DNA from: a virus
Taxonomy: Duplodnaviria > Heunggongvirae > Uroviricota > Caudoviricetes
Direction: 5' to 3' (one strand)
DNA: 35,116 nucleotides
Virus record (IMG/VR): IMGVR_UViG_2718218135_000003
In this document: positions 28,083 to 35,116 of the stretch, one piece after another
How the letters are laid out: every line of letters begins with the position of its first letter
Numbering within the stretch: position 1 is the stretch's first letter
Notes under the pieces: model-generated
Seen by the model: only the letters and a program-made list of their open reading frames with translations
What the model was told of the DNA's origin: nothing
Database searches by the model: none
Position numbers and translations under genes: made by a program

Positions 28083-28601
28083 ATGGCAATGCCGCGCAAA
28101 CTCAAGTTAATGAACGTCTTTCTGAACGGCTACAGCTATCAGGGCGTTGCAAAGTCCGTCACGCTGCCAAAACTGACCCGTAAGCTCGAAAACTATCGCG
28201 GTGCGGGGATGAACGGCAGCGCACCGGTAGACCTCGGCCTTGATGACGATGCGCTGTCAATGGAGTGGTCGCTCGGGGGCTTCCCGGATTCGGTTATCTG
28301 GGAGCTTTACGCCGCAACCGGCGTGGATGCCGTGCCGATTCGTTTTGCAGGCTCTTACCAGCGCGACGATACCAGCGAAACGGTGGCCGTCGAAGTGGTC
28401 ATGCGTGGACGTCAGAAAGAAATCGACACCGGCGAGGGCAAACAGGGAGAAGACACCGAGTCGAAAATCTCCGTGGTCTGCACCTATTTCCGGCTGACGA
28501 TGGACGGTAAGGAGCTGGTCGAAATTGACACCATCAACATGATTGAAAAGGTGAACGGCGTCGACCGGCTGGAGCAACACCGCCGCAATATCGGCCTGTG
28601 A
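28083..28601 (+). CDS. FII: Tail tube protein FII
   Basis: 172 aa, P2 FII length and position. Confidence 0.85.
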   Translation: MAMPRKLKLMNVFLNGYSYQGVAKSVTLPKLTRKLENYRGAGMNGSAPVDLGLDDDALSMEWSLGGFPDSVIWELYAATGVDAVPIRFAGSYQRDDTSETVAVEVVMRGRQKEIDTGEGKQGEDTESKISVVCTYFRLTMDGKELVEIDTINMIEKVNGVDRLEQHRRNIGL

Positions 28602-28657
28602 TTTTCATCCGGTCAGCCTGGCTGGCCGGTTAACCCTGATTCAGAAGTGAGAAAACC

Positions 28658-28933
28658 ATGAACAAAGAAAATGTCATTACCCTGGACAATCCGGTCAAAC
28701 GTGGTGAGCAGGTTATCGAACAGGTCACGCTGATGAAACCCAATGCCGGGACGCTACGCGGTGTCAGTCTGGCTGCGGTTGCAAACTCCGAAGTCGATGC
28801 ACTGATTAAGGTGCTGCCGCGCATGACGGCACCGATGCTGACCGAGCAGGAAGTCGCCGCGCTGGAACTGCCTGACCTTGTGGCGCTGGCCGGTAAGGTG
28901 GTCGGTTTTTTGTCGCCGAACTCGGTGCAGTGA
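28658..28933 (+). CDS. E: Tail assembly chaperone E
   Basis: 91 aa, P2 E length; T_TTT_TTG slippery heptamer at 28906-28912. Confidence 0.8.
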   Translation: MNKENVITLDNPVKRGEQVIEQVTLMKPNAGTLRGVSLAAVANSEVDALIKVLPRMTAPMLTEQEVAALELPDLVALAGKVVGFLSPNSVQ

Positions 28934-29085
28934 CGTTTCCAAAAAATCTCTCGGTCGATGACCTGATGGCGGATGTGGCAGTGATATTTCACTGGCCGCC
29001 ATCAGAACTGTATCCCATGAGCCTGACCGAACTCATCACATGGCGCGAAAAGGCGCTCCGGCGAAGCGGAAACACGAATGAGTAA
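28658..29085 (+). CDS. E': E+E' tail assembly chaperone made by programmed -1 frameshift
   Basis: After a -1 slip at 28906-28912 the frame stays open to TAA at 29083-29085 (...FFVAELGAVTFPKNL...RSGNTNE), overlapping the T start; same arrangement as P2 E/E' and lambda G/GT. Confidence 0.7.
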
Positions 29086-31525
29086 CAATGTAAAATTACA
29101 GGTATTGCTCAGGGCTGTTGACCAGGCATCCCGCCCGTTTAAATCCATCCGCACAGCGAGTAAGTCGCTGTCGGGGGATATCCGGGAAACACAAAAATCA
29201 CTGCGCGAGCTGAACGGTCACGCATCCCGTATTGAGGGATTCCGCAAGACCAGTGCACAGCTCGCCGTGACTGGTCATGCACTTGAAAAGGCACGGCAGG
29301 AGGCCGAAGCCCTTGCCACACAGTTTAAAAACACCGAACGTCCGACCCGTGCTCAGGCGAAAGTGCTGGAATCAGCAAAGCGAGCGGCGGAGGACTTACA
29401 GGCGAAATATAACCGCCTGACGGATTCCGTTAAACGCCAGCAGCGGGAACTGGCCGCTGTGGGAATTAATACCCGCAATCTTGCACATGATGAGCAGGGG
29501 CTGAAAAACCGTATCAGTGAAACCACCGCACAGCTTAATCGTCAGCGCGACGCACTGGCGCGTGTCAGTGCGCAACAGGCAAAACTTAACGCAGTAAAAC
29601 AGCGTTATCAGGCCGGAAAGGAACTGGCCGGAAATATGGCCTCAGTGGGCGCTGCCGGTGTGGGGATTGCGGCGGCGGGAACGATGGCCGGAGTTAAGCT
29701 GCTGATGCCCGGTTATGAGTTTGCGCAGAAAAACTCAGAATTGCAGGCCGTGCTAGGAGTGGCAAAAGACTCCGCCGAAATGACCGCACTCCGCAAGCAG
29801 GCGCGCCAGCTCGGCGACAATACCGCAGCCTCGGCAGATGATGCAGCCGGTGCACAGATTATCATCGCGAAAGCGGGTGGGGATGTTGATGCCATTCAGG
29901 CGGCAACGCCGGTCACGCTGAATATGGCGCTGGCGAACCGCCGCACGATGGAAGAAAACGCCGCCCTGCTGATGGGGATGAAATCCGCCTTTCAGCTTTC
30001 AAACGATAAGGTCGCTCATATCGGGGATGTTCTCTCCATGACGATGAACAAAACCGCCGCCGATTTTGACGGCATGAGCGATGCGCTGACCTATGCCGCA
30101 CCTGTGGCAAAAAATGCCGGTGTCAGCATTGAAGAAACCGCCGCAATGGTCGGGGCGCTGCATGATGCAAAAATCACAGGCTCAATGGCGGGGACGGGAA
30201 GCCGTGCCGTGTTAAGCCGCCTGCAGGCACCGACGGGAAAAGCATGGGATGCACTCAAAGAGCTTGGCGTGAAAACCTCAGACAGCAAGGGAAACACCCG
30301 GCCAATATTTACCATTCTGAAAGAAATGCAGGCCAGTTTTGAGAAAAACCGGCTCGGTACTGCCCAGCAGGCTGAATACATGAAAACTATTTTCGGGGAG
30401 GAGGCCAGCTCAGCCGCCGCCGTGCTGATGACTGCCGCCTCAACCGGAAAGCTGGACAAACTGACCGCTGCGTTTAAAGCCTCAGACGGGAAGACTGCCG
30501 AGCTGGTAAATATCATGCAGGACAACCTCGGCGGTGACTTTAAGGAGTTTCAGTCCGCTTATGAGGCGGTGGGGACAGACCTGTTTGACCAGCAGGAAGG
30601 CGCACTGCGTAAGCTCACGCAGACGGCCACAAAGTATGTGTTAAAACTCGACGGCTGGATCCAGAAAAACAAATCACTGGCGTCAACCATCGGCCTCATT
30701 GTCGGTGGCGCGCTGGCGCTTATTGGCATCATCGGTGCCATTGGTCTTGTAGCCTGGCCGGTTATCACTGGCATCAATGCCATCATCGCGGCAGCAGGCG
30801 CAATGGGGGCAGTCTTCACGACGGTTGGCAGTGCTGTTATGACCGCCATCGGGGCGATTAGCTGGCCGGTTGTGGCCGTGGTGGCCGCCATTGTCGCCGG
30901 GGCGTTGCTTATCCGTAAATACTGGGAGCCTGTCAGCGCATTCTTTGGCGGTGTGGTGGAAGGGCTGAAAGCGGCATTTGCGCCGGTGGGGGAACTGTTC
31001 ACGCCACTTAAGCCGGTGTTCGACTGGCTGGGCGAAAAGTTACAGGCCGCGTGGCAGTGGTTTAAAAACCTGATTGCCCCGGTCAAAGCCACTCAGGACA
31101 CCCTGAACAGTTGCCGTGACACGGGGGTCATGTTCGGGCAGGCACTGGCTGACGCGCTGATGCTGCCGCTTAATGCGTTCAACAAACTGCGCAGCGGTAT
31201 TGACTGGGTACTGGAAAAACTCGGTGTTATCAACAAAGAGTCAGACACACTTGACCAGACCGCCGCCAGAACTCAAGCCGCCACGTATGGCAGCGGTGGT
31301 TATATTCCGGCGACCAGCTCTTATGCAGGCTATCAGGCTTATCAGCCGGTCACGGCACCGGCTGGCCGCTCTTATGTAGACCAGAGTAAAAACGAATATC
31401 ACATCAGCCTGACGGGTGGTACTGCGCCGGGGACACAGCTTGACCGCCAGTTACAGGATGCGCTCGAAAAATACGAGCGGGATAAACGTGCGCGCGCCCG
31501 TGCCAGCATGATGCATGACGGTTAA
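29078..31525 (+). CDS. T: Tail tape measure protein T
   Basis: 815 aa, coiled-coil N-terminus and hydrophobic Gly/Ala-rich segment; P2 T length and position. Confidence 0.85.
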   Translation: MSNNVKLQVLLRAVDQASRPFKSIRTASKSLSGDIRETQKSLRELNGHASRIEGFRKTSAQLAVTGHALEKARQEAEALATQFKNTERPTRAQAKVLESAKRAAEDLQAKYNRLTDSVKRQQRELAAVGINTRNLAHDEQGLKNRISETTAQLNRQRDALARVSAQQAKLNAVKQRYQAGKELAGNMASVGAAGVGIAAAGTMAGVKLLMPGYEFAQKNSELQAVLGVAKDSAEMTALRKQARQLGDNTAASADDAAGAQIIIAKAGGDVDAIQAATPVTLNMALANRRTMEENAALLMGMKSAFQLSNDKVAHIGDVLSMTMNKTAADFDGMSDALTYAAPVAKNAGVSIEETAAMVGALHDAKITGSMAGTGSRAVLSRLQAPTGKAWDALKELGVKTSDSKGNTRPIFTILKEMQASFEKNRLGTAQQAEYMKTIFGEEASSAAAVLMTAASTGKLDKLTAAFKASDGKTAELVNIMQDNLGGDFKEFQSAYEAVGTDLFDQQEGALRKLTQTATKYVLKLDGWIQKNKSLASTIGLIVGGALALIGIIGAIGLVAWPVITGINAIIAAAGAMGAVFTTVGSAVMTAIGAISWPVVAVVAAIVAGALLIRKYWEPVSAFFGGVVEGLKAAFAPVGELFTPLKPVFDWLGEKLQAAWQWFKNLIAPVKATQDTLNSCRDTGVMFGQALADALMLPLNAFNKLRSGIDWVLEKLGVINKESDTLDQTAARTQAATYGSGGYIPATSSYAGYQAYQPVTAPAGRSYVDQSKNEYHISLTGGTAPGTQLDRQLQDALEKYERDKRARARASMMHDG

Positions 31526-31539
31526 GGAGGTGACGAAAA

Positions 31540-32019
31540 ATGATGCTCGCGTTAGGTATGTTTGTTTTTATGCGCCAGACGCTGCCACACCAGACCATGC
31601 AGCGTGAATCAGATTATCGCTGGCCGTCAAATTCCCGTATCGGTAAACGGGATGCCTACCAGTTTCTCGGTGTGGGTGAGGAAAACATGACGCTTGCCGG
31701 TGTGCTTTATCCTGAACTGACCGGCGGAAAGCTGACGGTGACCACGCTCAGACTGATGGCAGAGGAAGGCCGGGCGTGGCCGTTGCTGGATGGCACCGGC
31801 ATGATTTACGGCATGTATGTCATCAGCAGGGTGAGTGAAACAGGGAGTATTTTCTTTGCAGACGGCACACCCCGGAAAATTGATTTTACGCTGTCGCTCA
31901 CCCGCGTTGATGAATCACTGGCCGCGCTTTATGGCGATATCGGTAAACAGGCGGAATCGCTCATCGGTAAGGCTGGCAGTATGGCGACCAGATTCACGGG
32001 TATGACGGGGGCGGGATAA
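31540..32019 (+). CDS. U: Tail protein U
   Basis: 159 aa, P2 U length and position. Confidence 0.8.
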   Translation: MMLALGMFVFMRQTLPHQTMQRESDYRWPSNSRIGKRDAYQFLGVGEENMTLAGVLYPELTGGKLTVTTLRLMAEEGRAWPLLDGTGMIYGMYVISRVSETGSIFFADGTPRKIDFTLSLTRVDESLAALYGDIGKQAESLIGKAGSMATRFTGMTGAG

Positions 32020-33182
32020 TGCTGGATGCGCTGACATTTGATGCAGGCAGTACACTGACGCCGGATTATATGCTGATGCTCGACAGCAGGGATATTACCG
32101 GCAATATCAGCGACCGTCTGATGAGCATGACCCTGACGGATAACCGGGGCTTTGAGTCTGACCAGCTTGATATTGAACTGAATGATGCCGACGGGCAGGT
32201 CGGGCTGCCGGTTCGTGGCGCTGTCCTGACGGTGTATATCGGCTGGAAAGGTTTTGCCCTGGTATGCAAAGGGAAATTTACCGTTGATGAGGTCGAACAC
32301 CGGGGCGCGCCGGATGTGGTCACCATCCGCGCCCGGAGTGCAGATTTTCGCGGGACGCTCAATTCCCGCCGTGAAGGCTCCTGGCATGACACCACGCTCG
32401 GTGCGATTGTTGAGGCGATAGCCTCCCGTAACAGGCTGGAAGCCAGTGTCGCGCCGTCACTGGCAGGAATTAAAATCCCGCACATCGACCAGTCGCAGGA
32501 GTCCGACGCGAAATTCCTGACCCGTCTTGCAGAACGCAACGGCGGTGAGGTGTCGGTAAAAATGGGAAAACTGTTGTTTCTCAAAGCGGGGCAGGGGGTG
32601 ACGGCCAGTGGTAAAAAAATCCCGCAGGTCACCATAACCCGCAGCGACGGCGACCGCCATCATTTTGCGATTGCTGACCGTGGAGCCTATACCGGCGTAA
32701 CGGCAAAGTGGTTACACACCAAAGACCCGAAGCCGCAAAAGCAGAAGGTAAAACTGAAACGCAAAAAGAAAGAGAAACACCTGCGCGCACTGGAGCACCC
32801 GAAAGCGAAACCGGTCAGGCAGAAGAAAGCGCCTAAAGTACCGGAAGCGCGCGAAGGTGAATACATGGCCGGTGAGGCTGACAACGTTTTTGCCCTGACC
32901 ACGGTATATGCCACAAAAGCGCAGGCCATGCGCGCCGCTCAGGCGAAGTGGGATAAACTGCAACGGGGCGTTGCGGAGTTCTCCATCAGCCTGGCTACCG
33001 GTCGGGCAGATATTTACACGGAAACACCGGTCAAAGTGTCTGGCTTTAAGCGCGTCATAGACGAGCAGGACTGGACAATCACTAAGGTGACACACTTTCT
33101 GAATAATTCCGGCTTCACGACGTCCTTAGAGCTTGAGGTCAGGCTTTCTGATGTGGAGTACGAAACAGAAGATGATGAGTGA
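32019..33182 (+). CDS. D: Tail protein D (late control/tail gene D)
   Basis: 387 aa, P2 D length and position. Confidence 0.8.
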   Translation: MLDALTFDAGSTLTPDYMLMLDSRDITGNISDRLMSMTLTDNRGFESDQLDIELNDADGQVGLPVRGAVLTVYIGWKGFALVCKGKFTVDEVEHRGAPDVVTIRARSADFRGTLNSRREGSWHDTTLGAIVEAIASRNRLEASVAPSLAGIKIPHIDQSQESDAKFLTRLAERNGGEVSVKMGKLLFLKAGQGVTASGKKIPQVTITRSDGDRHHFAIADRGAYTGVTAKWLHTKDPKPQKQKVKLKRKKKEKHLRALEHPKAKPVRQKKAPKVPEAREGEYMAGEADNVFALTTVYATKAQAMRAAQAKWDKLQRGVAEFSISLATGRADIYTETPVKVSGFKRVIDEQDWTITKVTHFLNNSGFTTSLELEVRLSDVEYETEDDE

Positions 33183-33263
33183 TGTTTTTATTTTATCTGT
33201 TTGTTTTATAAGGATAAATTAACTAAAATGGCACCATCAACAAAACCGGAAGAGGTGCTCGCG

Positions 33264-33482
33264 ATGTTTCATTGTCCTTTATGCCAGCATGCCGCACATG
33301 CGCGTACAAGTCGCTATATCACTGACACGACAAAAGAGCGTTATCACCAGTGCCAGAACGTGAATTGCAGCGCCACGTTCATCACTTATGAGTCGGTACA
33401 GCGATACATCGTGAAGCCGGGAGAAGTCCACGCCGTAAGACCGCACCCGTTGCCGTCAGGGCAGCAAATTATGTGGATGTAA
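33264..33482 (+). CDS. ogr: Late gene transcription activator Ogr (zinc finger)
   Basis: 72 aa from MFHCPLCQHAAHARTSRYITDTTKERYHQCQNVNCSATF..., matching recalled P2 Ogr with its Cys4 motif; upstream part of the 93-aa ORF is not P2-like. Confidence 0.85.
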   Translation: MFHCPLCQHAAHARTSRYITDTTKERYHQCQNVNCSATFITYESVQRYIVKPGEVHAVRPHPLPSGQQIMWM

Positions 33483-33493
33483 TTACAAACAGG

Positions 33494-33520
33494 AAGCCCC
33501 TCAGTCGAGGGGCTTTTTTG
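33494..33520 (+). terminator. Rho-independent terminator after ogr
   Basis: GCCCCTC-agtc-GAGGGGC followed by TTTTTT, 12 nt after the ogr stop. Confidence 0.7.
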
Positions 33521-33583
33521 TCGATGTGGTCAATGTGTGGACGTGACCAGAAATAAATCCTTTTATTTCATTGTATTACGCGT

Positions 33584-33610
33584 AAAAAATAAGCCCGTGT
33601 AAGGGAGATT
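33584..33610. repeat. attR: attR core: second copy of the 27-bp repeat AAAAAATAAGCCCGTGTAAGGGAGATT
   Basis: Exact duplicate of 1791-1817, downstream of ogr. Confidence 0.85.
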
Positions 33611-33754
33611 ACACAGGCTAAGGAGGTGGTTCCTGGTACAGCTAGCATTTTATGGGTTATGTTTTTCAGCGAAACGGATGATAACCTTAATAAATACAGC
33701 TGTATGTGATCGGTTTCTAAGAATTTTCCATCCGGGAAAAATAATCGAAATTAA

Positions 33755-35116
33755 TCACTTACCGTGGGGATTACGCGTGGTTTCCCCGGAGAAATTACGC
33801 ATCAGCAGCGCGTAATTGAGCTCAAGATCCTGCGGGACCGGTAGCCACACAGTATAACCATCGCCTGGTGCTATCGGCATAGCTTCGCCTTTGGCGTTTT
33901 CCATGTGCTCAAGGGTAAAATTAATGTTGCCTTGCGGCGTCATCAGCTCAAGGCTGTCGCCAACGGAGAATTTATTTTTCACCGCTACCGCCGCGAGGTC
34001 CCCCTTGCGCTCACCGGTAAACTCACCAACAAACTGCTGGCGGTCAGAAACTGAATAACCGTATTCGTAGTTCTGATAATCGTCGTGAGTATGACGACGC
34101 AGGAAACCTTCAGTATAGCCACGATGCGCCAGACCTTCCAGAGTTTCCAGCAGGCTGGTATCGAACGGTTTTCCCGCAGCGGCGTCATCGATAGCTTTGC
34201 GGTAAACCTGTGCGGTGCGTGCACAATAGTAGAAAGATTTGGTACGACCTTCGATTTTCAGCGAATGCACGCCCATTTTGGTCAGGCGTTCTACATGGGC
34301 GATGGCGCGCAGATCTTTCGAGTTCATGATGTAAGTGCCGTGCTCATCTTCAAACGCGGTCATATACTCGCCCGGACGCTGGGCCTCTTCGATCATAAAC
34401 ACTTTGTCGGTTGGTGCGCCGATACCCAGCGTCGGCTCAACATTTTGCACCGGAATCGGCTCGTACTTGTGTACGATGTTGCCAACATCATCTTCTTTCC
34501 CTTCCTGGACGTTGTACTCCCAGCGGCAGGCGTTGGTGCAGGTGCCCTGGTTCGGGTCGCGCTTGTTGATATAGCCAGAGAGCAGGCAGCGACCGGAGTA
34601 GGCCATGCACAGCGCGCCGTGAACGAAGATCTCGATCTCCATATCCGGCACCTGATTGCGGATCTCTTCAATCTCTTCCAGCGACAGCTCGCGAGAGAGG
34701 ATCACGCGGGTCAGGCCCATTTGCTGCCAGAATTTCACCGTCGCCCAGTTCACGGCGTTAGCCTGCACCGAAAGGTGGATCGGCATTTCAGGGAAGTGCT
34801 CACGCACCAGCATAATCAGCCCTGGATCGGACATAATCAGCGCATCCGGCCCCATTTCCACCACCGGTTTCAGGTCACGGATAAAGGTTTTCAGCTTGGC
34901 GTTGTGCGGTGCAATGTTGACCACGACATAAAACTTTTTCCCCAGCGCGTGGGCTTCATTGATGCCGAGCTGAAGATTTTCGTGGTTGAATTCGTTGTTG
35001 CGCACACGCAGGGAATAACGCGGCTGGCCCGCATAAACAGCATCTGCGCCATAAGCGAAAGCGTAACGCATATTTTTCAGCGTTCCCGCCGGGGAAAGGA
35101 GTTCCGGTTTAAACAT
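33755..35116 (-). CDS. yegQ: Peptidase-U32-family protein YegQ (RlhA-like); host gene
   Basis: 453 aa, complete (ATG at the window end); recalled identity to E. coli YegQ; Cys-rich central region typical of the U32 family. Confidence 0.8.
   Translation of the reverse strand: MFKPELLSPAGTLKNMRYAFAYGADAVYAGQPRYSLRVRNNEFNHENLQLGINEAHALGKKFYVVVNIAPHNAKLKTFIRDLKPVVEMGPDALIMSDPGLIMLVREHFPEMPIHLSVQANAVNWATVKFWQQMGLTRVILSRELSLEEIEEIRNQVPDMEIEIFVHGALCMAYSGRCLLSGYINKRDPNQGTCTNACRWEYNVQEGKEDDVGNIVHKYEPIPVQNVEPTLGIGAPTDKVFMIEEAQRPGEYMTAFEDEHGTYIMNSKDLRAIAHVERLTKMGVHSLKIEGRTKSFYYCARTAQVYRKAIDDAAAGKPFDTSLLETLEGLAHRGYTEGFLRRHTHDDYQNYEYGYSVSDRQQFVGEFTGERKGDLAAVAVKNKFSVGDSLELMTPQGNINFTLEHMENAKGEAMPIAPGDGYTVWLPVPQDLELNYALLMRNFSGETTRNPHGK

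Noticed and set aside
1-35116. CRISPR arrays, tRNA or rRNA genes
   Set aside because: No regularly spaced short repeats and no tRNA-like cloverleaf noticed; the att core lies in an intergenic region, not in a tRNA gene.

Overview
The window is almost entirely one P2-like (Peduovirus-type) prophage of about 31.8 kb, inserted between the enterobacterial genes yegS/yegR (left) and yegQ (right) and bounded by a perfect 27-bp direct repeat (att core, 1791-1817 and 33584-33610). The prophage has the canonical P2 order: int, C repressor, cox, early operon (B, small orfs, A), a variable cargo locus, cos, then Q-P / O-N-M-L packaging and capsid genes, X, lysis genes (Y, K, lysA, lysB with embedded lysC), tail and baseplate genes (R, S, V, W, J, I, H, G), tail sheath/tube/tape-measure (FI, FII, E/E', T, U, D) and ogr. 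Four things depart from the P2 reference layout. (1) Between A and cos, where P2 carries tin/old, there is an AT-rich cargo gene for an Abi-type reverse transcriptase (RT) that is split at an A7 tract, so the catalytic YxDD motif is only reached after a -1 frameshift. (2) An AT-rich gene with an HNH-nuclease-like motif is inserted between tail genes S and V and overlaps the S stop codon. (3) A complete IS1 with an 8-bp target duplication sits inside the early operon upstream of replication gene A. (4) A Pin/Gin-type invertase with two 26-bp crossover sites makes an invertible tail-fibre segment where P2 has Z/fun. All calls rest on reading the sequence and recalled family knowledge; no searches were run.
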